Made by a program: the position numbers and the translations under genes
Notes under the pieces: model-generated
Told to the model about the DNA's origin: nothing
The model's input: only the letters and a program-made list of their open reading frames with translations
Databases searched by the model: none
Shown here: positions 12,199-21,791 of the stretch, in pieces
Position numbering within the stretch: position 1 is the stretch's first letter
How the letters are laid out: each line of letters opens with the position of its first letter
Origin: Mycobacterium tuberculosis H37Rv
GTDB lineage: Bacteria; Actinomycetota; Actinomycetes; Mycobacteriales; Mycobacteriaceae
Direction: 5' to 3'
DNA length: 32,000 bases
Assembly: GCF_000195955.2 (NCBI RefSeq)
Contig: NC_000962.3
Location: forward strand, 4,050,001-4,082,000

Positions 12199-12526
12199 GG
12201 TATTTTCCTCCCTCTAATGCACGTTGCATCAATAGCTTTCGGCGTTCCCCGCTGAAGACCACACGACAGGCTAGCCATCCTTATAGGAACATCACAGACT
12301 TCACACAGGTTGTTCACGGCTAAGTCAATAACAATTCATTTACTTCAAGGGCATTTCCGTAGCTTTTGAAATTCCCCTGAAATTCATTGGTAACAAGTAA
12401 TTTGAGTTTGGTATGAATTTCGGGGTACTGGCATCGACGGGCCCTACAATGCGCAACTTGCGCACACCACGCCACGCTGAAGCAACCGTCGACCGATTCA
12501 ACGGCGCAGGCGCTAGGGTCCCAGGC

Positions 12527-13249
12527 ATGATCCGATTGGTCCGTCATTCGATCGCCCTGGTGGCCGCCGGCCTTGCCGCCGCATTGTCGGGGTGCGATTC
12601 CCACAACTCGGGATCGCTCGGTGCCGATCCGCGGCAGGTGACCGTGTTCGGATCCGGGCAAGTGCAGGGTGTGCCGGACACGTTGATCGCTGACGTCGGC
12701 ATTCAGGTCACCGCGGCCGACGTCACCAGCGCGATGAACCAGACCAATGATCGCCAGCAAGCGGTGATCGATGCACTGGTGGGTGCCGGCCTGGACCGCA
12801 AGGACATCCGCACCACCAGGGTCACCGTGGCACCGCAGTACAGCAATCCGGAGCCGGCCGGAACCGCCACCATCACCGGGTATCGGGCAGACAACGACAT
12901 CGAGGTGAAGATCCACCCGACCGACGCCGCGTCGCGGCTGCTGGCCCTCGTCGTCAGCACCGGCGGTGACGCCACCCGGATCAGCTCGGTCAGCTACTCG
13001 ATTGGCGACGACTCGCAGCTGGTGAAGGATGCCCGGGCGCGCGCCTTCCAAGACGCCAAGAACCGTGCGGACCAGTACGCACAACTGTCGGGGCTGCGGC
13101 TAGGCAAGGTGATCTCGATCTCCGAGGCATCTGGCGCCGCGCCCACGCACGAGGCGCCGGCGCCGCCGCGCGGCCTATCCGCGGTGCCGCTGGAACCCGG
13201 CCAGCAGACGGTGGGCTTCTCGGTCACGGTGGTCTGGGAACTGACCTAG
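12527..13249 (+). CDS. lpqG: lipoprotein LpqG (SIMPL/DUF541-type periplasmic protein)
   Basis: The ORF 12413..13249 contains an internal ATG at 12527 that gives MIRLVRHSIALVAAGLAAALSGCDS. This is a signal peptide plus a lipobox LSGC. The earlier in-frame start would place 38 non-signal residues ahead of it. Confidence 0.85.
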   Translation: MIRLVRHSIALVAAGLAAALSGCDSHNSGSLGADPRQVTVFGSGQVQGVPDTLIADVGIQVTAADVTSAMNQTNDRQQAVIDALVGAGLDRKDIRTTRVTVAPQYSNPEPAGTATITGYRADNDIEVKIHPTDAASRLLALVVSTGGDATRISSVSYSIGDDSQLVKDARARAFQDAKNRADQYAQLSGLRLGKVISISEASGAAPTHEAPAPPRGLSAVPLEPGQQTVGFSVTVVWELT

Positions 13250-13253
13250 CCGC

Positions 13254-13862
13254 CTACTGATAGACCCTGGGGTCCAGCGTCCCGATGTATGACAGGTCAC
13301 GGTAGCGTTCGTCGTAGTCCAGGCCGTAGCCCACGACGAAGTCGTTGGGAATGTCGAAACCCACGTACGCGATTTCGACGTTGGCGTGCACCGCATCGGG
13401 CTTGCGCAGCAGCGTGCACACCCGCAATGACCGCGGATTCCGGCTCGTCAGGTTCCGCGACAACCACGAAAGCGTAAGGCCGGAGTCGACGACGTCCTCG
13501 ACGATCAGCACGTCGCGGCCGTGGATGTCGCGGTCGAGGTCCTTGAGGATCCGCACCACGCCCGACGAGGATGTCGATGACCCATACGAACTCACCGCCA
13601 TGAACTCGAACTGGGTCGGCACGGGAATCGCTCGCGCCAGGTCGGTGACGAAGAGCACCGCGCCCTTCAGCACGGTGATCAGCAGCAGATCCTGGCCGGT
13701 GGTAGCGGACAGCTCGCGGTAGTCGTTGCCGATCTGCTCGCCGAGCTCGGCGATGCGGGCCTGAATCTGCTCGGCCGTGAGCAGCACCGACTTGATGTCC
13801 CCCGGATAAAGCTCCGCCGTCTGCCCGGGGGTGATCGCCGAGGAGCTCTGGGTCACGTGCAC
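13254..13862 (-). CDS. hpt: hypoxanthine-guanine phosphoribosyltransferase
   Basis: PRPP-binding motif [15 protein letters not shown]. The start is probably the GTG at 13862 ([13 protein letters not shown]..., 202 aa). The 250-aa ATG extension would overlap tilS by more than 100 nt. The exact start is uncertain. Confidence 0.88.
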
Positions 13863-13900
13863 AGCGTGCCACGCCGCGGGACCAACGACCAACGCGGGCG

Positions 13901-14872
13901 TCAAACGGGCTCGCGCCGCAACACAAGTACGCCGTCGCGCCGCCCGGCGACCAGTCGCTGACCGCGCAACGTGGACCCAACCGCTACCCCGCCCTGACCG
14001 CGCCACGCGGTGACCAGCCGGTCCACTCCGCGGATCTGCCTGTCGGTCAGTCCGGTCGCGCCGCCGGCCAGCAGCCAGCCCCGAATCACCCGGCGCCGCA
14101 CCGCATCCGGCAGCGCGGTCAAGGCGCTGGTACTCAACTCCTGTCCCCGTGAGCCAGCAACAGCGGCTCCGGGCAGCGCCTGCGCAGCGATCGTGTCGAT
14201 GAGGTCAGTGTCCTCGCGCAACGCTGTCGCGGTGCGAGCCAGCGCTTCGGCCACACCTCCGCCCAGCACGTCCTCCAGCAGTGGCAGCACTTCGGTGCGC
14301 AATCGGGTTCGGGTGAAGCGGCGGTCGGTGTTGTGCGGATCCTGCCAGGCGGTCAGGCCCAGCTCCCGGCAGGCCGCATGTGTCACGCTGCGGCGCACCC
14401 CCAGCAGCGGCCGGCACCAGGGCGGATCGTACGGACGCATGCCGGCGATCGACCGGGCCCCCGAACCACGGCCAAGCCCCAACAACACTGTCTCGGCCTG
14501 ATCATCGAGCGTATGGGCCAACAGCACCGGGCCATCGCGGTGCTCCTCCAATGCCGAGTAGCGGGCGCTGCGCGCCGCCGCCTCCCGGCCGCCGGCCGCG
14601 CCCACCTGAACGCAAAGCACCCGCGCGTCCACACATCCCAGCGAAATCGCTTGTATGCGAGCTGTTTCCGCGACCGTGGCCGAGCCGGGCTGCAGACCGT
14701 GGTCCACGATCAGTGCGGTGGTGGGCCACAGCCGTGCGGCTACAGCGGTGAGCGCCAACGAGTCCGGGCCGCCGGAGAGCCCCACGCTCCAACGGTCGCA
14801 GGCGTCGAGATGGACCCGAGCGAACTGCTCCGCAGCCGCACGCAGCTGCGCTACAGCACTCTGTCGATCCAT
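13901..14872 (-). CDS. tilS: tRNA(Ile)-lysidine synthase TilS (MesJ)
   Basis: 323-aa ORF with the PP-loop motif SGGPDS ([12 protein letters not shown]). It lies upstream of hpt, the usual arrangement. Confidence 0.9.
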   Translation of the reverse strand: MDRQSAVAQLRAAAEQFARVHLDACDRWSVGLSGGPDSLALTAVAARLWPTTALIVDHGLQPGSATVAETARIQAISLGCVDARVLCVQVGAAGGREAAARSARYSALEEHRDGPVLLAHTLDDQAETVLLGLGRGSGARSIAGMRPYDPPWCRPLLGVRRSVTHAACRELGLTAWQDPHNTDRRFTRTRLRTEVLPLLEDVLGGGVAEALARTATALREDTDLIDTIAAQALPGAAVAGSRGQELSTSALTALPDAVRRRVIRGWLLAGGATGLTDRQIRGVDRLVTAWRGQGGVAVGSTLRGQRLVAGRRDGVLVLRREPV

Positions 14873-15903
14873 CGCTGCGGGTTTTCGATCTCGGCAGGCA
14901 ACGGCAGCGTCTCGGGGCCCGACCAGATCGTGTTGAACAGCTTCATTCCCGCCCGGTCGACCACATGGTCGACGAATGCCTTGCCTCGGGTGTACTGGCT
15001 GAGCTTGGCGTCGAAGCCCAGCAGAGCTCGCACCAGCCGCTGCAGCGGCGGCTGTTTGTGATGACGACGGTCGTCGAAGCGGCGGCGGATGGTGGCCACC
15101 GAGGGCACCACCATCGGCCCGACCGCATCCATCACATGCTCGGCATGGCCTTCCAGCAGCGTGCCAAGTACCAGCAGCTGGTCTAAGGCCTTACGTTGCG
15201 GCTCGGATTGCACGGCTCGCACCAGGCCCAGAATGCCCGACGGGTTGACCTCGGAATCGTCGGTACCGTGTCCACGGCTGCGGATGAAGTCCGCCAGCCG
15301 GCTCACCACCCGCCCGATGTCGTCAACGGGTTCGAAGGTCAACAGGTTTAGCGCCTGCGACATGTAGCCGGACAGCCAGGGGTTGGCGGTGAACTGGACT
15401 CGGTGGGTGACCTCGTGCAGGCACACCCACAACCGGAAATCGGACGGCTCGACCCGCAGTTGACGCTCGACGGCGATCACATTGGGATATACCAGCAGCA
15501 AGCAGCCTTCTCCGGCGGCTCCGAACGGGTCGTACTGGCCGAGGATGCCCGAGGCCACAAACGCCAGCACGGCACCGGTCTGCGCACCGGTGATCCGACC
15601 GGTGAGAAACCCCCGCGGTTTGGCGCTTCCGTGCGTCATCGCCCGCATCGATTCGGCGGCCGAGCGAATCCACGCCGGCCGGTCGACGACACGGGCCGGC
15701 GGCACCACACCGTCGGCGATCAGACCGGTGACGTCGCGCACCGGCGGTTCGGCCTTCTCCGCCGCGACGGTCAGCTCGTCGATCACCTGGCGACGGGTGT
15801 ATTCGGTGGACGGCGGAGCGGGCCGGGCCAGCCGCTCCCCGACGCTGGCCGCAAATTCCCAATCGACCGTGTTCCCCAGTGTCAGCTCGGACGCTCCGGT
15901 CAC
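14851..15903 (-). CDS. zinc-dependent metalloprotease (HEXXH; DUF2342-like)
   Basis: HEXXH motif present (VCLHEVTHRVQF). The GTG at 15903 overlaps the upstream gene's TGA (GTGA overlap at 15900-15903). The ORF-track ATG at 15924 is an alternative start. The 3' end overlaps the tilS start by 22 nt. Confidence 0.8.
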   Translation of the reverse strand: MTGASELTLGNTVDWEFAASVGERLARPAPPSTEYTRRQVIDELTVAAEKAEPPVRDVTGLIADGVVPPARVVDRPAWIRSAAESMRAMTHGSAKPRGFLTGRITGAQTGAVLAFVASGILGQYDPFGAAGEGCLLLVYPNVIAVERQLRVEPSDFRLWVCLHEVTHRVQFTANPWLSGYMSQALNLLTFEPVDDIGRVVSRLADFIRSRGHGTDDSEVNPSGILGLVRAVQSEPQRKALDQLLVLGTLLEGHAEHVMDAVGPMVVPSVATIRRRFDDRRHHKQPPLQRLVRALLGFDAKLSQYTRGKAFVDHVVDRAGMKLFNTIWSGPETLPLPAEIENPQRWIDRVL

Positions 15904-17285
15904 GTCGTGCACCCGCAGAACCACAACTTAGTGGCCAGAGCGTCCATCGCGTTGCGACCGTTGGGACCGGCTTCGTTGGAGATGAACGCGAAGGTGAGCA
16001 CTCGGCCGCTACGGTCGGTGAGCACCCCGACTAGCGAGTTGATCGCGGTCAGCGAGCCGGTCTTGGCCCGCAACCACCCGGCCGGACCCTGGTCGGTGGC
16101 CGCGTCGAGGAAGCGCTCGCCCAGCGTGCCACTGCCACCGGCGATCGGTAGCAGATCCAGCAGCGGCCGCAACGCGGGCTGGTCGGGTCCAGCCGCGGCC
16201 TGCATCGTTGCATCGAGCGTCCGAGCGGTCAGGCGGTTGTCGAGCGACAATCCACTAGAATCCACCAGCGCAGCGCCGGCGGTGTCGATGTGTGCGGTGT
16301 TCAATCGGCTGGTCACCGCGTCGACCGCGCCACTAAAGCTCTGCGGCCGGTTGATCGCGACCGCTACCTCGCGGCCGATGCACTCGGCCATCACATTGTC
16401 GGAGGCGTTCATCATCTGAGACAGTCGCTGGATCAACGGCGCCGACTGCACCACGGCCAGCTGCCGCGCGCCGGCCGGAGCCGATGCGATCGTCACCGCC
16501 GCGGGGTCCAGGCCAAGGGCTTTGGCCAACTCCCGACCGGCATCCAGCGCCGGGGTGCGGGACCGTCTCGAATTGACGGTGGTCGGCTGGATACGCCCGG
16601 CGTCGATCATCGCCGCTTCGATCGGCGCGATGTCACCGTTGTCGATATCGGCCGGATCCCAACCCGGCGCCATCGTCGGACCGCTAAACGCCGAAGCGTC
16701 CACCTGCACGGCGGTGGGCGTCACACCGCTGCGGCGAATTTGTTCGACGAGGTCACCGATGCGAGCCGCGCCGTGATACCAGGTGTCCTGACCGGGCGGC
16801 GCTGCCGACAGCGTCGGATCGCCCGCGCCCACCAACACGACAGGTCCCTGGGGGTTCTGGCCGCCGGCCACCACCCGCGTGCTGATCCGGGCCTGTCGGT
16901 CCAGTGTCAGCAGAGCCGCCGCCGCCGTCAGGATTTTGTTGGTCGAAGCCGGCACCAAGGGCACGTCGTCTAGCCGCTGCCAAAGTTCTTGTCCGGTCAG
17001 GGCATCGGTGATCCGACCTGCTAACTTGCCCAGATCAGGATCGGCCGCCACCACCGCAAGCGCCGCGGTCACGCCAGCGGCACTCGGTGTCGCAGCGGTG
17101 TCCGCCACAGGGACCACTCCCGCCTTGACTGTGGGTGGCCGCGGTGGAGGCGCAGGTGCGCGCACGCCAGCCCGGTGACCACCAGTAGTGACCAGCGCTG
17201 CGGCCGCCACCACAACGGCGACAAACGCCAGCACGGCCGCGCCGACGACCACGTGCGTGGATTTCCGCCAGCGTGTGGGACCCAT
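15900..17285 (-). CDS. D-alanyl-D-alanine carboxypeptidase/endopeptidase, PBP4 (DacB) family
   Basis: 461-aa ORF with an N-terminal TM/signal segment and the penicillin-binding motifs SxxK (ASTNK), SxN (ASDNV) and KTG (AKTGS). Confidence 0.88.
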   Translation of the reverse strand: MGPTRWRKSTHVVVGAAVLAFVAVVVAAAALVTTGGHRAGVRAPAPPPRPPTVKAGVVPVADTAATPSAAGVTAALAVVAADPDLGKLAGRITDALTGQELWQRLDDVPLVPASTNKILTAAAALLTLDRQARISTRVVAGGQNPQGPVVLVGAGDPTLSAAPPGQDTWYHGAARIGDLVEQIRRSGVTPTAVQVDASAFSGPTMAPGWDPADIDNGDIAPIEAAMIDAGRIQPTTVNSRRSRTPALDAGRELAKALGLDPAAVTIASAPAGARQLAVVQSAPLIQRLSQMMNASDNVMAECIGREVAVAINRPQSFSGAVDAVTSRLNTAHIDTAGAALVDSSGLSLDNRLTARTLDATMQAAAGPDQPALRPLLDLLPIAGGSGTLGERFLDAATDQGPAGWLRAKTGSLTAINSLVGVLTDRSGRVLTFAFISNEAGPNGRNAMDALATKLWFCGCTT

Positions 17286-17422
17286 GAGCTCTCCTGCCTT
17301 TCCGGTCCCATTCTGCCGAACCGGCCGGGCGACGCTGCCACGGTACCGGCTCGACTAGGGTGTCCACGGACGCATTGGACCTGCCCGTTGTCCCATGCAC
17401 TCTGATCTGAAGGAGCCGACGC

Positions 17423-17911
17423 GTGCAATTCGACGTGACCATCGAAATTCCCAAGGGCCAGCGCAACAAATACGAGGTCGACCATGAGACGGGGCGGGTT
17501 CGTCTGGACCGGTACCTGTACACCCCGATGGCCTACCCGACCGACTACGGCTTCATCGAGGACACCCTAGGTGACGATGGCGACCCGCTGGACGCGCTGG
17601 TGCTGCTACCGCAGCCGGTCTTCCCCGGGGTGCTGGTGGCGGCGCGGCCGGTGGGGATGTTCCGGATGGTCGACGAGCACGGCGGCGACGACAAAGTGCT
17701 GTGCGTCCCAGCCGGTGACCCCCGGTGGGACCACGTCCAAGACATCGGGGACGTTCCGGCTTTCGAGCTGGATGCGATCAAGCATTTCTTTGTGCACTAC
17801 AAGGACCTGGAACCAGGTAAGTTCGTCAAGGCGGCCGACTGGGTCGACCGCGCCGAAGCCGAGGCAGAGGTGCAGCGTTCAGTGGAGCGCTTCAAGGCCG
17901 GTACACACTGA
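17423..17911 (+). CDS. ppa: inorganic pyrophosphatase (family I)
   Basis: 162-aa ORF with motifs [11 protein letters not shown] and [10 protein letters not shown], typical of soluble family I PPases. Confidence 0.95.
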   Translation: MQFDVTIEIPKGQRNKYEVDHETGRVRLDRYLYTPMAYPTDYGFIEDTLGDDGDPLDALVLLPQPVFPGVLVAARPVGMFRMVDEHGGDDKVLCVPAGDPRWDHVQDIGDVPAFELDAIKHFFVHYKDLEPGKFVKAADWVDRAEAEAEVQRSVERFKAGTH

Positions 17912-17956
17912 TTTGGGCTTAGGGCGCCCGCCCCGCGCCTTGGCACCCTCCGCCGG

Positions 17957-19054
17957 TCATGATCCGAACTTCGTGGGGGACCTGACTGTTAGGCGATTGC
18001 GCCGCACACTCTCGGTGAACGCCGCCCCGATAAAAACCACCCCCACCGAAGCGGTGACCCACTCGGGGACGGCGAATCGGTGGTCGATGGACAACAGCAA
18101 GATTATGGCGAGCGCGCCAATCGCCCAGTGTGCGCCGTGTTCCAGGTACACGTACCGGTCCAGTGTGTCCTGTCGCACCAGATAGATCGTGATCGACCGG
18201 ACAAACATCGCACCCACCACACCAAGGCCGAGCGCGATGATGATCGGGTCCGTAGTGATCGCAAAGGCCCCGGTGACGCCGTCGAAAGAGAAGGCGGCGT
18301 CGAGCACCTCCAGATACAGGAACAACGCGCAACCAGCCTTTCCGGCCGCCTGCCTCGCCTGCACGCCCGGCGTGGCTTCACCCAACCCCGCCGGCCGGAA
18401 CGCCCGGCTGATCCCGTTGACGACAAGATAGGTCACCATGCCCAAAAGGCCGGCGATCAGCACCGTACCCCGCTGATCGCTGGAGTGTGTCAACAGCGCG
18501 CCGGCAAGGACCAACCCAACACTGGCCACTATCACCGGGACCTGACCGAGTCGACCGATGCGGGCAAAGGGGACCTCAATCCACTTCAGCCATTTGATAT
18601 CGCGGTCGTGAACGACGAAGTCCAGGAAAAGCATCAGCAGGAACATGCCGCCGAACGCCGCGATCTGCGGATGCGCAGCGGTGATCAGTTTTTCATAGCT
18701 GGGCGATCCGTCCGCAAATTCCAGCGCGCCATGGGCCGGTGGACGAAGCGCCAGCTCCATTGCGCGGACGGGGTCCAGGCCCGCGGTGGTCCAGATGATG
18801 GCCAGCGGGAACACCAGCCGCATCCCGAACACCGCAATAAGAATCCCGATGGTCAGGAACATCCGCTGCCAAAACGGGCTCATCCGCTGCAGAATCGCGG
18901 CGTTGATGATGGCGTTGTCGAACGACAGCGATACCTCAAGGAGCGCCAGAACCGCCAGCAAGAACAGGGCGGTCGGCCCGCCGTGCAAATATCCGGTAAC
19001 CAACGCCACCACCGTCATCAGCAGCGAGAAGCCGAAGATGCGGAACGTTGACAT
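17957..19054 (-). CDS. integral membrane protein, TerC/DUF475-like
   Basis: A polytopic hydrophobic ORF with an LEVSLSFDNAIINA motif typical of the TerC/DUF475 family. I prefer the ATG at 19054 (MSTFRIFGF...) because GGAAGGA lies 4 nt upstream. The ORF-track start at 19081 is the alternative. Confidence 0.75.
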   Translation of the reverse strand: MSTFRIFGFSLLMTVVALVTGYLHGGPTALFLLAVLALLEVSLSFDNAIINAAILQRMSPFWQRMFLTIGILIAVFGMRLVFPLAIIWTTAGLDPVRAMELALRPPAHGALEFADGSPSYEKLITAAHPQIAAFGGMFLLMLFLDFVVHDRDIKWLKWIEVPFARIGRLGQVPVIVASVGLVLAGALLTHSSDQRGTVLIAGLLGMVTYLVVNGISRAFRPAGLGEATPGVQARQAAGKAGCALFLYLEVLDAAFSFDGVTGAFAITTDPIIIALGLGVVGAMFVRSITIYLVRQDTLDRYVYLEHGAHWAIGALAIILLLSIDHRFAVPEWVTASVGVVFIGAAFTESVRRNRLTVRSPTKFGS

Positions 19055-19174
19055 GGATCCTTCCGAGGAAAAACCCCACAATAGCGACGAACCGACATCA
19101 ATTGGTCAGGCTCGCGCCGCGCAGCGCGGCCAACCGGCCCGCCTACTATTTTCAGTCGTGACGATCCATGTCGG

Positions 19175-20470
19175 TTGGCCGTTGGCGCCGCCGCGGTGAC
19201 CGAAGTCGGCGATACGGCATCTCCTGTTGGCTCCTCGGGCGCCTCTGGCGGAGCTATCGCAAGCGGCAGCGTAGCCCGGGTCGGCACGGCGGCCGCGGTT
19301 ACCGCGCTGTGCGGCTACGCGGTGATTTATCTGGCGGCCCGCAACCTGGCTCCCAACGGCTTCTCGGTATTCGGGGTGTTCTGGGGCGCATTCGGACTGG
19401 TCACCGGGGCCGCCAACGGCCTGCTGCAAGAAACCACCCGCGAGGTCCGCTCGCTGGGGTACTTGGACGTCTCTGCAGACGGCCGCCGTACCCATCCGCT
19501 GCGGGTCTCCGGGATGGTCGGCCTCGGCTCGTTGGTCGTGATCGCCGGTAGCTCACCGTTGTGGAGCGGGCGGGTATTCGCCGAGGCGCGCTGGCTATCG
19601 GTCGCATTGCTCAGCATCGGGCTGGCTGGGTTTTGCCTACACGCCACCCTGCTGGGCATGCTGGCCGGCACCAACCGGTGGACCCAGTACGGCGCGCTGA
19701 TGGTGGCCGACGCGGTCATCCGGGTGGTGGTCGCCGCGGCCACGTTCGTGATCGGATGGCAGCTGGTCGGGTTCATCTGGGCAACCGTGGCGGGTTCGGT
19801 TGCCTGGCTGATCATGTTGATGACCTCACCCCCGACACGCGCGGCCGCCCGCTTGATGACGCCCGGCGCTACTGCGACATTCCTGAGGGGCGCCGCCCAT
19901 TCGATCATCGCGGCCGGTGCCAGCGCGATATTGGTGATGGGGTTTCCGGTCTTGCTGAAGCTAACCTCCAATGAACTGGGCGCGCAGGGAGGCGTTGTCA
20001 TCCTTGCGGTGACGTTAACCCGGGCGCCACTGCTGGTGCCACTGACCGCCATGCAAGGCAACCTCATCGCGCATTTCGTCGATGAACGCACCGAGCGGAT
20101 TCGGGCGCTAATCGCGCCGGCGGCGCTCATCGGCGGCGTTGGCGCAGTCGGGATGCTGGCGGCCGGCGTCGTAGGTCCATGGATTATGCGCGTCGCGTTC
20201 GGGTCGGAATACCAGTCCAGCAGCGCATTGCTGGCCTGGTTGACGGCGGCCGCGGTGGCGATCGCAATGCTGACACTCACCGGTGCCGCCGCGGTCGCGG
20301 CCGCACTGCACCGGGCGTATTCGCTGGGCTGGGTTGGTGCGACGGTTGGGTCGGGCTTGTTGCTGCTGCTGCCGCTGTCCTTGGAGACCCGCACCGTGGT
20401 CGCGTTGTTATGCGGTCCGCTGGTGGGAATCGGCGTCCATTTGGTGGCGCTGGCGCGGACGGACGAGTAA
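19175..20470 (+). CDS. polytopic membrane protein, possibly a Wzx/MOP-type flippase
   Basis: 431-aa ORF (TTG start at 19175), hydrophobic throughout with about 12 or more predicted TM segments. It is the first gene of a same-strand run with the GT2 gene. The flippase assignment is inferred from topology and context only. Confidence 0.7.
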   Translation: MAVGAAAVTEVGDTASPVGSSGASGGAIASGSVARVGTAAAVTALCGYAVIYLAARNLAPNGFSVFGVFWGAFGLVTGAANGLLQETTREVRSLGYLDVSADGRRTHPLRVSGMVGLGSLVVIAGSSPLWSGRVFAEARWLSVALLSIGLAGFCLHATLLGMLAGTNRWTQYGALMVADAVIRVVVAAATFVIGWQLVGFIWATVAGSVAWLIMLMTSPPTRAAARLMTPGATATFLRGAAHSIIAAGASAILVMGFPVLLKLTSNELGAQGGVVILAVTLTRAPLLVPLTAMQGNLIAHFVDERTERIRALIAPAALIGGVGAVGMLAAGVVGPWIMRVAFGSEYQSSSALLAWLTAAAVAIAMLTLTGAAAVAAALHRAYSLGWVGATVGSGLLLLLPLSLETRTVVALLCGPLVGIGVHLVALARTDE

Positions 20471-20513
20471 GCGGCCGATCAGCCCCGGACCAACGTGTAA
20501 CTTGTGGGCTTAA

Positions 20514-21239
20514 ATGGCCTCGAAAATGGACACTGAAACGCACTACTCGGACGTCTGGGTCGTCATTCCCGCCTTCAACGAAGCCGCCGTGATCGGCAAG
20601 GTCGTCACCGATGTGCGGTCAGTCTTCGACCACGTCGTCTGCGTGGACGACGGCAGCACCGACGGCACCGGCGACATCGCCCGGCGGTCCGGTGCTCACC
20701 TCGTACGCCATCCGATCAACCTGGGCCAGGGGGCGGCCATTCAGACCGGAATCGAGTACGCCCGCAAGCAGCCGGGCGCCCAGGTCTTTGCCACCTTTGA
20801 CGGCGACGGCCAGCACCGCGTCAAAGACGTGGCCGCAATGGTCGACCGGCTCGGCGCAGGTGACGTCGATGTGGTGATCGGAACGCGGTTCGGCCGGCCC
20901 GTGGGCAAAGCTTCGGCCAGCCGACCGCCACTGATGAAGCGGATCGTGCTGCAGACAGGAGCGCGGTTGAGCCGTCGAGGCCGCCGACTTGGCTTGACCG
21001 ACACCAACAATGGCCTGAGGGTGTTCAACAAGACCGTGGCCGACGGGCTGAACATCACCATGAGCGGCATGAGCCACGCCACCGAGTTCATCATGTTGAT
21101 CGCCGAAAACCATTGGCGGGTAGCGGAAGAACCGGTCGAGGTGCTCTACACCGAGTATTCGAAGTCGAAAGGCCAACCGCTGCTCAACGGCGTCAACATC
21201 ATTTTCGACGGGTTTCTGCGAGGGAGGATGCCACGATGA
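20514..21239 (+). CDS. ppgS: GT2-family polyprenyl-phosphate glycosyltransferase (DPM1/GtrB-like; polyprenyl-P-GalNAc synthase in Mtb)
   Basis: 241-aa ORF with VVIPAFNE, VDDGSTDGT and DGDGQH (DxD) motifs. Its position beside galE1 matches the known galactosamine arabinogalactan-modification locus, as I recall it. Confidence 0.85.
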   Translation: MASKMDTETHYSDVWVVIPAFNEAAVIGKVVTDVRSVFDHVVCVDDGSTDGTGDIARRSGAHLVRHPINLGQGAAIQTGIEYARKQPGAQVFATFDGDGQHRVKDVAAMVDRLGAGDVDVVIGTRFGRPVGKASASRPPLMKRIVLQTGARLSRRGRRLGLTDTNNGLRVFNKTVADGLNITMSGMSHATEFIMLIAENHWRVAEEPVEVLYTEYSKSKGQPLLNGVNIIFDGFLRGRMPR

Positions 21240-21580
21240 ACTGGATCCAGGTGCTGTTGATCGCGTCGATCATCGGGTTGCTGTTCTACCTGTTGCGGTC
21301 GCGCCGAAGCGCGCGGTCGCGTGCCTGGGTCAAGGTGGGCTATGTCTTGTTCGTGCTCGCCGGCATCTATGCCGTGCTGAGACCGGACGACACCACAGTG
21401 GTCGCAAACTGGTTTGGGGTGCGCCGCGGCACCGACCTGATGCTCTACGCACTGGTGATGGCGTTCAGTTTCACCACACTGAGCACCTACATGCGGTTCA
21501 AGGACCTCGAGTTACGCTACGCGCGCATCGCCCGGGCTCTGGCACTTGAGGGCGCACAGGCGCCCGAACAGTGCCGGTAA
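21236..21580 (+). CDS. small membrane protein (DUF2304-like), partner of the GT2 enzyme
   Basis: The ATG at 21236 overlaps the GT2 stop (ATGA). The 114-aa product MNWIQVLLIASIIGLLFYLL... has 3-4 hydrophobic helices. The upstream extension listed in the ORF track (21113) lies inside the GT2 gene in another frame. Confidence 0.8.
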   Translation: MNWIQVLLIASIIGLLFYLLRSRRSARSRAWVKVGYVLFVLAGIYAVLRPDDTTVVANWFGVRRGTDLMLYALVMAFSFTTLSTYMRFKDLELRYARIARALALEGAQAPEQCR

Positions 21581-21614
21581 GACCCAGCCACTTGAGGGCG
21601 CACAGGCGCCCGAA
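21543..21614. repeat. Two direct copies of a 26-bp GC hairpin element, 46 bp apart
   Basis: cacttgagggcgcacaggcgcccgaa occurs at 21543-21568 and again, identical, at 21589-21614. Each copy contains GGGCGC-acag-GCGCCC (6-bp stem, 4-nt loop). Copy 1 is inside the 3' end of the preceding CDS and copy 2 is just after its stop. Confidence 0.85.
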
Positions 21615-21710
21615 TTAAGCCGCGATTCGATCTGCGCAGACCGTAGCCAGGAAGGACCCGGCGGCCTACAGTTCTTAGAGTTACTGCATCTCTGACCAGC
21701 AGGAGGCGAT

Positions 21711-21791
21711 ATGTCCGACCCTGACGACGTCACCACATCATCTGACGACCGCGACGAGGGCGAACCGGAAATAGACCTGCTGCCGGCCTGA
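21711..21791 (+). CDS. candidate small ORF (26 aa, acidic) coupled to the downstream dioxygenase
   Basis: AGGAGG at 21701-21706 lies 4 nt before the ATG at 21711. The ORF translates MSDPDDVTTSSDDRDEGEPEIDLLPA. Its TGA at 21789-21791 overlaps the next gene's ATG (TGATG). It is too short for the ORF track. Confidence 0.4.
   Translation: MSDPDDVTTSSDDRDEGEPEIDLLPA

Noticed and set aside
12320-13084. 254-aa minus-strand ORF
   Set aside because: It is antisense to lpqG, which has a clear signal peptide and lipobox. I see no motif in the antisense ORF.
15403-16419. 338-aa plus-strand ORF spanning the metalloprotease/PBP4 junction
   Set aside because: It is antisense to two motif-supported genes, so I treat it as a shadow ORF.
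18080-19051. 323-aa plus-strand ORF
   Set aside because: It is antisense to the polytopic membrane protein gene. Its translation is highly charged and low-complexity.
19327-20394. 355-aa minus-strand ORF
   Set aside because: It is antisense to the 431-aa membrane protein gene. Its Ala/Ser/Thr/Pro-rich translation looks like a shadow ORF.
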